Source: Entomortierella parvispora E1425
Lineage: Eukaryota; Fungi; Mortierellomycota
Assembly: GCA_020891255.1 (NCBI GenBank)
Contig: BQFW01000010.1
Span: 1,054,001-1,118,000, forward strand
Reading direction: 5' to 3'
Length of the DNA: 64,000 nt
The notes beneath the pieces are model-generated. The model saw only the letters and a list, made by a program, of their open reading frames with translations. It made no database searches and was not told where the DNA came from. Of this stretch, positions 1 to 12,956 are shown in pieces (positions within the stretch are counted from its first letter, which is position 1; every line of letters starts with the position of its first letter). The position numbers were made by a program, and so were the translations under genes.

Positions 1-1
1 G

Positions 2-2768
2 AACGTCATTCGCTATTACTCTTCTTGGCTAGAGCATGCTGATTACCCAGTTTCGAAGCGCGAGCTGTATGGTGCACAGGGTGGAAAAAATCTTGAATCT
101 CAAGGAGACTATGATGACGAATATGACGACGACGAGTATGGAGACGAAGACGAGGACACCAACACTATGAGCGTCCAAGATGAGAGCTCAGCGTTTGACC
201 GACCTAGACGGAGGAGCGTCGACTATTTTAGTCCGCATGCTGAGCAGCATGCCGAGCATCCTGAAGATTTGTCCATGGGTATTGTTTTTGGCGAGGACGA
301 GGACGATGATAACAGCAACGACATCAGTTTTGATCACTCACAAGGAGGTTACACATCTCACCACGAAGCCGACAATGATGGCAAGGCGACAGAACGTTCG
401 CTGCAAGGCGAAGATATGGAACGAACCCACTCTGCCTCATCGACTCTGACCAGTCGCGCCATTCCTGGGGCAGCTCCGAGACGCAAACACCTATCACCAA
501 CAGTTTCGCAAGAGATGCAGGGAAAACCGCCGACATGGGTTGACCGTGATAGCTCGTCAGGACCCAACAAGACACCTCGGGATTCTTCACGGCACAGTTT
601 GTCCAATTCATTCTCGGCCTTGTCATCCTCCATCGAAGAAATCCAGAGGTCGTTGCCCTCTTCATATTCTGGTTCTGGTCTCGGATCTCGGTATGGCCAT
701 TCAACTTCTGGGGATCGCACGCAGGACCTCCTTCATGAGGAAAATTATGAGCTGCGACCCTTTTCTTTTCCTAATGTGCGAGAAGTCGACAGGAAGAATT
801 TTGCTGGAGGTGGAATAGGAGGTCTGCATGGAATGGGTGCCTCCAGAAACGACAGAGATCAACGAAAGCTGCGAAACAGCACTGGACAGCTAGTCACGCG
901 GGACTTGACGCTATTTATTCAAATGCAGCTTTGCCAAACGACCCTACAGGACTACTTGGTTTTCCGCAATGAACGTCCAACAGCGCTCAAGAGGCCCCGC
1001 AAAGAGATGAATCGACGGACGAGCAAGACAGGGAAAAGCCGATTCGGAATCCTGTCCACAGAGGATGACCAGACCACGCACAGTACTCCGAGCTCGCCTC
1101 ATGAACAGACGTGTCATAAGGATCTTGTGGACCCAGCGGCGAACCAACACATCTTTCGCGAGATTGTGGAGGGAGTCGCCTACATTCATGATCAGGACAT
1201 GATTCATAGAGATCTGAAGCCAAGCAATATCTTTTTGGGCATGCCCGCAGGAACTGAACATCAGCGATCTATTCGACAGGAGATGATGGCAGCAATGGGC
1301 CAGGATATGTCCCCAGGGACGATGACTGCTCCATTGTCCATGATGGACTCTGGGGACGCATCGATGCTTTATCATGGAAGATCGCCCTCGTACATGCTTA
1401 CAGCGGACGATAACTGTTCGCCACCGATTGCGCTGACCAAGGAGCAAGTACAGGAGGAGCTCTTTATGAACATTGAGACCATGGTGCCTAAAATCGGGGA
1501 CTTTGGATTGGTCACGGACATGGAAGGAGGAGCCACTTTGGATGCTGAGAGTGGTAGTATTCAGGACTCCAGTGTCGTGCCCCCTTCACCAGGTGCGCTG
1601 TCGACTGCGTCGCCGACCCCAATGCTGAGACGTCACAGTTCTGCTGGTAAGTTCAAACGTACATACATGCAGAGTCGTATAAAAGATCTTATGCAATGGC
1701 ATGGCACTGATCCCATGGTTGTATATGCTATTTCTAGTCACTACAGGGTCGCGATCATCACGGACAAGGACAACGGCCGTGGGAACAGTGACAGTAAGTG
1801 TTGGCCTTGTATGCCGACTAGTTACTTTTATTCTTGTACTTTGTACTGATACATTTTCCCCCTTTTTTTTTTTTTGTTTTTAGTATGCTTCCCCCGAGCA
1901 ATTGGCACGACCTAATCTCGGCTACGACCAAAAGGCTGATATTTATTCCTTGGGCATCATCTTTTTTGAACTTTACCACCCCTTCTCGACCTTGATGGAG
2001 CGCCATGCCGTCCTGAAAACGTTGCGTCATGGTGAGTTGCCGACAGACTTTGTCAGCCGTTGGCCCAAGGAGGCCGCGTTTGTGCTTTGGCTGATGGCAG
2101 AGGATCCACGGTTGCGACCGAGTGCACGCGAAATTTTGGAGTTTGATTTGATCCGCAAGCCAAAAGAGGAGACTGCAACCTCCACAGCTGCAGCAACTTG
2201 CTCCGTCACCGGCGCAGTTCATGGATCTTCCCCCACCGGAGTCACTTCGATGGTCACACCTACACCTGCCTCTGTTTCCAAGGGCAATGGGACAAGTAAG
2301 AACGAAGAGCTCAAGTCAAATGGACAAGCAAAGAGAGATATGTTGGGACTTGGGCTCATGAATGCCGAGAATTTGGACAGCAATATCAATGGCTGTGGTG
2401 CTCTCGCTCGGATATTGTGTGAAGGTTGCCAAGTTCAATGCCAGTGTCCACGCAGCGTTGAAAACTCTCCTATAACACATGTCCCTGTCGAGTCAACAGT
2501 GACAGCGACAGAAGATGATGCCACTCGCTGTGACAAGTCTTTGGCTTCTGGGTCCCATCCAACTCATCGCAGGACTTCTTCCAAGCTCAAGGCTGGTAAA
2601 GACAGCCCCTCCCCAAAGATGGACTACAATCAGCTGGCGGAACAAACAGAAAAGGTCAAGCGGCTAGAACAATCCATGGCGGCCCTAAGGGCCGAGAACA
2701 AGGCTCTGCTGGACAGGATCCAAGAACTCGAGTTTGAAAAAGAGCAAAACGCATGGAAGTCTCATTAG
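2..2768 (+). CDS. eIF2-alpha kinase (HRI/PEK-like), 5' end outside the window; introns 1647-1746 and 1794-1883
   Basis: The frame is open from position 2 (NVIRYYSSWLE). It has a very long kinase insert, then LFIQMQLC, HRDLKPSNIF and KIGDFGLV. Manual GT-AG splicing restores GTVTYASPEQ, followed by KADIYSLGIIFFEL and DPRLRPSA, with a C-terminal coiled coil. Confidence 0.9.
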
Positions 2769-3008
2769 AAATGAAGACCAGTATTTAAACGCTCACGTAC
2801 AGCCTAATAAAATAGACGATCCTCCTTTGGGTATCAAACATACAGCACTTTTGAGAAAGATTGGATATGGGTGGTTGTTTATGGGTATTATTGACCATGT
2901 CTATGCCAGCAAAGTCTAAAGAACTTTTTCGCAGAAACCAAATCCCGTTTTTTTGGATCAAGGACGATTTTCTTCTGTTTTTTTTTCTTTCGTTCTCTGT
3001 TGTTGGTA

Positions 3009-4681
3009 TCAAATGCCAAAGCTTGGGATCCCCGAAACAGCCTCGGCTTCAACAGGTTGATTTGCCAAAGGAGGTGGCGGTGGAACATGAGCTGGGACTC
3101 CAGAAGGAGGTGCTGGTGGCGGAGCGCTACGGTGTTTTGGCTTGAAAATGAGGATGATGAAAAGCCCTGCAATGATCAAGATAAGCAAAAGTATAATCTT
3201 TCGATTCCTGGCTTTCTTTTGGTATTTCTCTCCCTACGAATAAAAAAAGAAGTGCACTTTAGCCATCTTGTAAAACACCGGTCAAGGTTCCGTTTCCCAA
3301 TGTTTTGGTTATATCAAAGTTCCGTCTATATACCTCATCCAGCTCGTAGACTGCATCCTGAAGATGTACCGCGGCCTGTTCCACATTGAAATCAATACGA
3401 TCCAAGAGCGTGCCTTGATCAATGACCATCGTCTGCAAGTCCTTGAAAATGTCTGCCAGTTGGAATATTGACCTCGAGATGTGATTAATCTCCTGTTCCC
3501 GCTGTGTCACCGATGCATTTGACTGCTCTGCAAAAGCCAATTGGGCGCTTGTAAAGCCCTATTCAGAAGCAGACGGTAATGAATTAGTACAATGCTCCAC
3601 ATCTACGAGCGTAAGTGTGTATCTCTGTGAGCGAGTGGGAATATCATACAATCTCTTCTGACTCGTCTGATATTGAAGAGTTCATTGGTTGTACTCCAGA
3701 GGAAAAAATGTCCTTGTTTCTCATCTCCACTCCACGCATTCCTATTATTGTATGACAAACAAGAAATTAAAGGGTTACTCTCTCTCTCTCTCTCTACATA
3801 GTTCCACGAAAAGCGAACACAGGAGTGCATTTGCCGAGAAACTTACGTTGCATATAGGTGTTTTGTTTTTGTCGAAAGAGGGTAGAGGCATCCTGCACTT
3901 TTTGCGCAAGACTCATCTGCACATTCCTCGACATTATCTGTTCCTGGTTCGAGTCTGACTGCCTGCTCTCTGAATTGATCCGCTTAATCCTCCTTTGACA
4001 GCCATGGAATTGCTAAGAAAAGAGAGTGTCCCCATAGTATCATCCTGTCAATAATCAGCTCTTCCCTTGAAAGTAGACGAAAGCAACAGCTCCTGCTCGA
4101 TACCTGGGTGATTTCATCTGTTAGGCGTTCAATGTCTCTTTCTTCCTGTATGCGATCATCGAATCCTGGAAGCAAATGTTTCTTGTGCATGGTATCTAGT
4201 CTTTGGACTATTTGATTGTTTGAAAAGGTACGGTGAATAAGACGGTCTTCCCCGAGTGGGAACGACTTTGCTTTTTTTATCCAATGCTTCTTTGACATGG
4301 ACTGATCACGTTACCATTGGTCTTGATCCTATCCAACTCTTCATCGACTTCATCCACAATATCGACCCTATCGTTTTCAACATCCAAAAACAGACTTATG
4401 AATACACAAACATATTTTCTCGGGGTTGAAACAAGAAGGCCCAGAGACGATAAAAAAAAAGAAACAATTGGGTCTCCATGTTACCATTTGGGGGGGAGCA
4501 TCATCATTTCAATGGCCGTTTCGGCCCCGTCCATTAGTCCGACACGCTCATTGCTTTCGTAGGGAGGCAGCTGCTCCTGCTGTCGCAGATGGCTGTATTG
4601 CTGGCGAAGGGTCGCTGCATGGGTACCCGAGTATGAGTTGCGAAACTGCAGAAAGAGAAGCGTCCTAGAGCGGGTCGCCAT
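3009..4681 (-). CDS. TLG2: Syntaxin-16/Tlg2 t-SNARE, multi-exon
   Basis: N-terminus MATRSRTLLFLQFR, then LPPKW and HKKHLLPGFDDR. SNARE motif QREQEINHISRSIFQLADIFKDLQTMVIDQGTLLDRIDFNVE. The last exon gives the TM segment RKIILLLILIIAGLFIILIFK, with the stop at 3009-3011. Confidence 0.92.
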
Positions 4682-5187
4682 GTCGTTTTTTTTTTTTTTT
4701 TGGCTATTCGAGAATAGGCACGTTGAGCCGAGGTGAAAAAGTGTGTGGAATGTGCGCGCTATATACGCAACCCTTTGAGAAGAGTGACAGAGGGTAGTTC
4801 TGGGGGTGTAAGTGATGAACAAATGATGCAATTAAGTTGTCGATGGTATGGGGGATTGAGTGGTGAGTGAGTGAGAAGGAGATGACCGACGGTCCATCTT
4901 CGAGCCACATGGTCGCATGCGAAGGGGGGAAGCAACGTGGAGAGCAGTCACTCGATCGGTGCAATTTGCACCCTTAACTGCACCTCGCCCACTCTCTTGG
5001 CGCGGGAACCCTACGTTTGCAAACAAGGTTGGATGCATGACGACGGAGCACTGCGGCCGGAGAATACCTTGGTCATCATCGCAGAGCAAGAGCAAGAGCA
5101 AGAGCTTCACAGGTGGAGGAGATGTTACATATGAAAAGAACTTTTTTCTGTATTTCCGCGAGATTATTAATGCCGATCTGGCGTCTT

Positions 5188-6319
5188 CTAGTTGAAGTTC
5201 TTGTTGCCACCGTTGGGGCCATACGACTTCTTGCCAATGTTGAATGGAATGTACCGGTACTTGATCATGTGGCGGATCTGGCGCTTCATCGTCAGCGTAA
5301 ACAGAATGCAGAAGTAGACCAGGAGGATTGGCCAGAACACTGGGATGTCGAAGACGCGGAAGAGCGTGCAAAAGAACGCAATGACGATCGAGCGCGTGGC
5401 CGAGTGCCTAAAAGATAGAGAGAGTGAATGACGGGTTAGTTCCAAGATAGTCTTCCACCTGATTCCTATCCCACAGCGCATTCCAAACGTGTCCCAGGCA
5501 CGCAGTTTTCGAAACGTGGCGTGTTGCTGTTGTCTGCCACAATTTTTTTTTGTTTGGATCCGCCTCTTTCCTGGTTAAACTCTCCTCCCTTTTGTGATAC
5601 TGAAGGCAGGTGATTGGAATGATGCCTGCTGTCAGGCATGCAAGGTCTTTGCTCCCCCAAAAAAGAAATGGACGGAACCATGTCTGCGTCTGTTACACCA
5701 ACCCCCACAAACGCTTAATTTTGCTCACGGAAGCTTGATTGCTTCTCCATCTGGCAACAAATGTGGGAGTCGTAGAATGCAACGTACCAAAACTTGAACT
5801 CTGGTAACCGCCGGACAAAAGGTCGGAACTCCTCGTCAGATCGGGTTGGAAGTACAGGTCCCCCTTCCTCAACCGAATCGGCCTCCATGTCCATCTCGAG
5901 CGAGGGGTCGATCTTGGGCTGCAAAAATGCCAGGAAGAGGTTCAGGAGGTAAATGCCCAGGGCGTAGGTAACAATGTACCATCCCTGCGCAAAGAAGACT
6001 CTGATAAAGTAGATCACCAACACGACGCCTGTGAACGCCCAGCGCTCCCTGGTGTGGGGTGTAACCTTGTCCAGAATGATTTGGTACCGCTAGAGATTCG
6101 AGACGGTGTAGGCCAAAAAAGAAGAGCCAGGGGCCGTTTTAGCAATCGTGGATGAGATGCGAGTGCAGGAACAATTGCGCCTTCCTTGCTCCCTATCCTG
6201 ACGTAGCCAGGAGGGTGTTCTCTCTGATGATGGTGGAATCCTCCTTCTGATGGCTCTTCATGAGCAGACTTCTCATCTCGACTTTTTTTTTGTGCTGATC
6301 TTGCAACGTCATTCTTCAT
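5188..6319 (-). CDS. RER1: Rer1 ER-retrieval receptor, multi-exon; start uncertain
   Basis: [75 protein letters not shown] and [23 protein letters not shown]. Confidence 0.93.
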
Positions 6320-6975
6320 CCATCATCCACAGAGAGAGAGGCATCCTGCCCTTCATCGCTCAAGTAGAACGAAAAGATCGTGGTTGCCTTCCTGAATTCA
6401 TGGTTGATGCAATCCTGCTCCAGGAAGACGATCGCACTGAGGTCTGTCATATAATATTTTTTCGCTTGCTGTCCCTGAATAGCATTCCCGACTACGATAT
6501 CGACGACAGTTGTGCTCTGGACGAGGGGAAGGGAAACAGGAGAAGAGCTGGTACCTGTTCGAGGGCAGACTTTTGGGCCCAGAAGGCACCTTCTTCCGGC
6601 ACTTCACTGTTCATGATGGATGGAATATGCAAGGTATGGTTGAATGCAAAGAGGGCGAGTGGACACTGAATGAGGCCGTAAAAACTGATGCAATGATGGT
6701 ATTATTGGTGCTATTAGGGATGATGAAGGAGGGAGGAACAAGTGGAAGATTGCAGAAACAAGCAAAAGAAGGAACAAAGGAACGAAAGAACGAACGAAAG
6801 AAGAACGTCGGCTCGTGGAAGGACTGCTTTCTGTATGCATCCATCCCATGCACACGTTACGTGCATGTGCATGCAATTACGCTCATCCCTCCCATTTGTG
6901 GCGGTGCTGATGGCAAAACAGAGAATGACTTGACGTCCATTCTCCATCTACTTGTGTTTCATCAGCTAGACCACC

Positions 6976-8170
6976 TTGGACGAAAATGCTGCCGCGACAC
7001 CCCCACCACAATCACGACGTGCAACTGTCTTTGACATTGCTCTCCTGGTCGATCTCATCTGCCTGGACCTCAGTCCTCGTGACATTCATCGCTGTACGCG
7101 TGTCAGCGGCAGTCTCTATGTCTCCTTTTATTCCCACCTTGTCAAAAGAATCCACATCTCGAAGAGATGGACCCACAACCAAATAGCGCGTGTCCTTGCA
7201 GCCTCAGTAAACCAACGGGTACTAGATGTCAAGGGAGAGAAGCCGAACAGCGAAGGCGCGATTGATCTGACCTCGATCCAAACAGCTGAAACCGTCTTTG
7301 CAGACACGTTTCAGGTCCTTGCCAAGGGAATGCGTACTCTTCAGAAGAATTATGACTTATCTCGGGGGCTTTCTAGGAAAATATCAGATCACCACGATGG
7401 GACGCTCCCTGATCTCGATCCCTTCAACTTTTCACCAGACCTGCTTTCGGAACCTGACGACATTGCGGTGCGCAAGTCTCCCTCGCAATTCCGTAAATAT
7501 CCAGAAGAACCGACGCCGCCTTCACTTTGTCCTGGATGTAATCGATGCCAGTCCTCAACTACATACTCTAGAATTGGGATTCATGGACATGGATTTGGAA
7601 CGCAGGACACGCTTCCTTGACATGGTGCGTTCACGAGGCCGGCATTTGAAGCACTTGAAGATCAGGGACGGAACGATATAGGATCTTGATTCAAGTAGTG
7701 CCTTACTTTCTCTGGAGCTGCGCCGCTGTCCAATCGTTGACTTTGGACTTCGGAACATGGGAAGCTGTTATTAGAGGCTTTGGTTCGCTGCGCCCTTGCA
7801 AAAGACGGGACCCGAGAGAAGGATATAATCACTAATCACTTATATATATTATCGACCCCCCCCCCAGAATTCCATCTCTTGGAGCCCGACACCACCCATG
7901 TTTCTCGCCACTTTCGAAAGAATACCCGACTGGCACAAGAAACCATTGGTTTTTGCATGGAAAGAGCTCCATATCCCTTACTCCATCCTGTCATTCCCGG
8001 GTTACTTCTTTGATATTTATCGCAATTGCCCGGGCTTGGAGATTTTGACAATGCCCTTTGTCGTTGTACCGAACAAGATAGCAGAGATTTTATCCCTCAT
8101 GGAAGCGCACTTGCCGCGGCTGAGGTCCTTGGATATGCGTCGATTCAGTGACGCTAGCTCGGACGATTGC
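6976..8170 (+). pseudogene. Decayed F-box/LRR-like gene
   Basis: F-box-like start VFDIALLVDLICLDLSPRDIHRCTRVS with no in-frame ATG. LRR-like segments (PQLHTLELGF, HLKHLKI, RNCPGLEILTMP, LPRLRSLDM) are spread over at least three frames, with an in-frame TAG at 7679-7681. Confidence 0.6.
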
Positions 8171-9650
8171 ATGGTGGGAGTTGGGTACTGGGGTGAACAC
8201 TGGCCAGCAGAGATTCATTTTGTGTACCAAGACCTGCACCACAGCATCCACAGGCTGCTTCGCGGTGAAATGGGACTCGTAGGGCGAAGTTTTTTGGAAG
8301 GGCCAGTACTTTCTGAAAGAGTCCAGCCTGTCGATCATGCCGCCTTGTTCCTTATAGTGCTCATTGATCTTCTCAATCTCGGCATTAAGCATGTCCTCCC
8401 AGTACTGCAGACAGTTGTTGGTTCTCATGTCTGGGGTCAAGCGCTGATCTGGCCAAGGAACGTTGCCCATCCAAAGGAGTATCAGGTCGTCGTAACCAAA
8501 GACGGTCTTCTTATAGTACTGTTGATGTTGGTATCGCACCTCGGCCAGGCTCCAGGTCGCATTCTTCATGTACTCGACATACTCGGTGGAAGTCCACATT
8601 CTGCTGATGTTAAAGCCGCCAGCGGCCCAGGCCCCCAAAGTCAAACACGACGGTATCAGAATTCTCCAACAGAGCCAAACCCAGAGGGTTTCGTGAAAAA
8701 GGGCGTGTAGTCCGGGCTGAGCAAATACTCGGCGCGCGAGGGCAATTCCTTGAACACTAATCAAACTCGTATTAAATATGAACGCGGCCCAACCACTCCC
8801 TGTGTGGGAACCAGCCCTCAAACTTTGCAGGATCAGTTCCATCTCCATTAAACTGGTTTGTGATTCCTGACAAGAGCTGTCGAACATGAGAGTCTCCGTC
8901 AAAAAGGGCCGCACGTCTGCGAAAAAGGCATTCCACTGTTTTCTGATGATCGGCCGTGAGCTCTTCAGTTGTGGCTGCAATGAGTGGTGGACTCCCATAG
9001 GGTCGAGTCGTGGGGGGGAAGGGGGTCTCCAGTAAGGGACGCGAGAGCAATCTCTGGTGGCTCAAAAGAGGCAAGTCGAGGTTCCTGGCGACAACTTGGT
9101 CGAGCGCCTACAAACTCCAAATTCGACTGGGAAAGATCCTCATACTGGTATACTGGTGGATATGGCGAGATCGGACCAACACGCCGTATTCCCGAGCAGC
9201 CTTTATAGGCTCAATAGAGCACAAAGGCCAATCCTCGTATTTCGGACCCACACTTGGACATCTATCGCAGACTGTAAACTGGTAAACTCCTGCCGCAGTT
9301 TGCTTGTAGTCGCGATAGGCTTGGAATTCAGCTTCTTCTGTCGGAGCCTCTGGAAATTTGGGTAGAATAAAGTCGCCCTTGAACCTTGGCACAAACGTCT
9401 TATCGAAATTCTCATTCAGACTCCGGAAATCCTCATATCCGTGCTCAATGTTCATCAGCCAGAACCGTCCAGGTCGACTGAGGACATAAGGGATCGCGTA
9501 GGTACAATCGCCCAAGTTGATTTGCTGGTTGGGGACGTAGTGTTCGGGTCCATCCAGGATAAAAAAAACTCGGATCAAGGTACAAAATGTACATGTATCC
9601 ACGTGTGGACTGTACTGTATGTACATGTAGTTTACCCATCTCAAATATTA
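8090..9650 (-). pseudogene. SGNH/GDSL (PC-esterase/TBL-like) hydrolase or O-acetyltransferase, frameshifted; 5' end unresolved (may extend to ~10030)
   Basis: LFDGDSHVRQLL (GDS motif) lies in the 8772-9074 frame. DTVVFDFG and (A)WAAGG are in different frames across a G5 run near 8630. The C-terminal block is ~50% identical by eye to the paralog at 12957-13340, but has YESH where the paralog has DQAH (DxxH). Confidence 0.55.
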
Positions 9651-10032
9651 CACAAAGGGGACATCCTTCCGTCTCTGCTGTTGTGCAGCCTGTGTGAACC
9701 TTGTTGGCGAGAGAGAACCAAGTGGCCACAAAGCTCTCAAGCATCCCTTTTTGCAATGAGTTCCTGCTGATAAAATGACTGAATGTCTACAGTATGTTGT
9801 AGCTTCATGCCGAGAGACGCTTGGTCCTCGAACTTTTTTTAAACTTCCTCGCCTGACGTTCCCATCGCCCACTGCCTTTTCATCTTCCTCCTCATCCTCT
9901 TCCATCTGATCCAATCCAAATGTGGCCCTTCTCTGGCCATTAGCGAAAAAGCATCCAGAAGCAGTCGTCGCAATCTCCTTCTTACCAGTCTTGTCTTCGC
10001 CAGCGGTAAAACCGCTTGTTGCGCTCTCATCT

Positions 10033-10065
<33 letters not shown>

Positions 10066-10499
10066 AGCTCACTCTTAAATTGGAAGAGCAACTATAACAA
10101 CGAAGGCGAAAGATCTTGAACTGCGTGCTTTCAGAGGCGGACATCTCAGTTCTTTGATCATTGGTTCCCATGAATTTTTTTTCGTGTAACATTCAAGGCG
10201 GTTGAGGACAATTCGCCCCGCCAGGCACAAAGCAAGAAAAAGAGGAAGACTCGGCTGTGCGAGAAAACAAAACAAGGCGAGGGAGGTGCGAGCATTCGCG
10301 TGAGTCCTCTCGCCATGTTGCACCCTTCCTCTTTCTTCGCTTTCTCTTACTTCTCCTTACTTCTCACCCTCCTTATCAGGTTCACCTATCTCCCTGCACG
10401 AAGCGTGTCTTCGGATGGACTGCCGACAGTAGCCGCCTCCATCCGCTCAGCTCCAACTCATCCTCCCATTACCCCTCATTATCCCTTATCTTAATAACC

Positions 10500-12906
10500 A
10501 TGATCTGTCTGCTCGTTATCGCTACCAACATGCTCCCTTTACTTCTTGTGCTCATTACCTTGATACATGTCCCATCCGTGTCTGCAGTTACACCTCTCGT
10601 GGTTGTCAAACCTCAATATATAACCGTGAACGACACCCTTTACATAGAAGGTGGAGGTCAACCCGCGAATCCAACTTCGGCATTCTACTCCTTGAGCCTG
10701 ACCACCCCCTGGAACGACACAGCGCCTCCATGGACGACCCTTCCAAGTTCATCGGCTCCGAGTACTTGGTTGCAGTCTATGGCTGTAACTGTTGACAAGA
10801 CCCGATTGGTCATCTGGAACCTGGAGAGTCCCACCATTTTGTCCTCGTTCAGTGTTGGAGGTAACACTTGGAGTACTAGTTCTCTACCGGCAGTAAATAT
10901 TTCCAACCCTTTTGGTCAACAGGCTTTGGTCGATCCCACAAGTACGGGTGCAACGAGCCCAGGTGCCGGGGTCCTGTACATGCCCAATGGTTGCACAATG
11001 CCCACCACGAAGGTGAATGCCATGTGTAAGTTGGACTTGGGTTCTAATACCATCACTGCCGTTGCAATGCCTGCTCAAGTTTCGGGTAACCTGGGATATT
11101 ATTCATTCGCGTATTGTGCATCGCGGAACTCCATGCTACTCTATGGAGGGTACGATGGAGCGGGTAGCCCGAACTTGTACGAGTATGTCGTAGGAACCAA
11201 CTTGTGGACACTTCAGGTAATCGAACCACCCTCTTTGTTATTTTTTGTGAACTTTTTTTTCCCCAAGCATTGGCAAGAATCCTGGGACTGCATGGAGCCT
11301 GGACCACCGCTAATTTTTTTTCATTTTTTAAAAAAAAATACAGATACCCCTAGGCACGTCCCCCGGCGATGTAAACTCCCATTGCATGGTTCAGAGTAAA
11401 GAGAACTTCGGTTGTTTTCATTTATTCTAAACAAAAAACCAAAGAACCATTAATCTAATACTTCGTTATCTTTGATCTTTAATTGCAGCATCAGACAACT
11501 CTATGATGATTTTGTTTGGAGGCATGAGCTCATCCTCTCAGATGTTATCAGGTCTCTACCTCCTCCATATGAACAACTTTACTTGGACGCAAGGGGCCGA
11601 TGCCGGAGCGGCCAACGCCAGAGCTGGGCATGTTTGCTCTACCAATGGGGACAGCTTCATTGTCTGGGGAGGTAAATTTAAAACCACAAAAAAATGTCGA
11701 CCTGACCCCGAGAGATAACTAAGAAAATCCATATATTATACAATTCACATTCATTTAGGGCAGCAAAATTCGAATAACACAAAGTTGATGGGCCCAACAC
11801 CATTGATCTACAATATCCCGACCAACCAATGGGTCCACGAATTTGTAGTCTCGGTAACCCCAACAAGTGTTACAGCCACGGCCACATCGACATCAAACGG
11901 AACTCCTGCACCTGGTTCCTCCAATGACGTTGCTTCGCCTCCACAAGGGAAGTCATCTAATATTGGCGGGGCTATTGGCGGTGCTGTTGGCGGTGCTATC
12001 GTGCTTGCTGCGGTAGGATTCTTCTTTTTCAGACGGCACAAGAAGGCGCCCTACAACGATGGCCAAGGACGGTTTCGAAAGAAGGGAGGGTTTGTCGGAA
12101 GAGGCAACGAGAATGACCGAAGCAATTACGACGACAACGAATATACAGGCAGAGATTCAGTCCAGCTTCAAGAATCAGTGGCCGGAAGAAGCAATGGCGA
12201 AGTGTCCTACTCTTCATCTTCCTCTCCTATCGACCCTTCATCATCTTCCATGGCATTTGTGAACAAGCCTTTACATTCGCCAGCCTCACGGATTGTCAGT
12301 ACTACCCCATCCCTGTCCATGTTGCACCGTCAGGATATGTTGACGACGCCTTCGTTTTTTCCTCCGTCTACGACAGACGTTTTTCAAACCAGTGGAATAC
12401 AAAACGCGACAGGATTCCCGCCCTCGGAGCCGTCTCAATATTTAAATAATCACGGTGGGTACGAATATTCGATACCATCTCCTCAAACTTATCCAACCGT
12501 CAAGGCAAATAGCAGTCCTCCTCAATACCCCCTTGTCGGTTCGGTCGGATATGGCACGAACGACGAGGGCACTCGTGTCGATCTTCGAGGTCCACAACAG
12601 CTTGGATCAAGAAATGAAGCGAGTTTTGTGGACGTTCTCCCTTACAGTTATGCAACCACCAGGAGAGCATCACACAACCCCCAATCGATGGCCCCTACTG
12701 GTTTTGGCGGTTGGGATTCCGGAAGTAGTGGCTCTTATTACCCTCCTCCGCCTGGTCAACAGCAGGTGCTACCTGAGGATCAGGACTTGGTGCAGAAAAA
12801 GCTAAGGTTGATTAAAGCACAGCACGAGTTGGATTTGGAGAGGATTCGATTGGAACAGGAGTCGGAAGTCCAATTGATCAAGAGACAGCTTCAACACGGC
12901 CCTTGA
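10500..12906 (+). CDS. Signal peptide + kelch/galactose-oxidase-type beta-propeller + single TM + Pro/Ser/Tyr-rich cytoplasmic tail, 4 exons
   Basis: Hydrophobic leader MICLLVIATNMLPLLLVLITL. Kelch-like blades TLYIEGG, SMLLYGGYD, MMILFGG and FIVWGG. TM IGGAIGGAVGGAIVLAAVGFFFFRRHKK. The tail contains YYPPPP. Confidence 0.8.
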
Positions 12907-12956
12907 GGTGGCAGATTCGTGAGTATTTCACAAAAAAACTATTATTAAACAGCTCC

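Noticed and set aside
8200-8710. 3' two-thirds of the 270-aa + strand ORF as a real protein
   Set aside because: It is the antisense of the conserved SGNH block; only its first ~90 aa look LRR-like.
10034-10062. Long poly-A/T tracts here and at ~17128, 30240 and 51087
   Set aside because: Common intronic or promoter homopolymers throughout the window; no flanking TSD or LINE/SINE body indicating retroposition.
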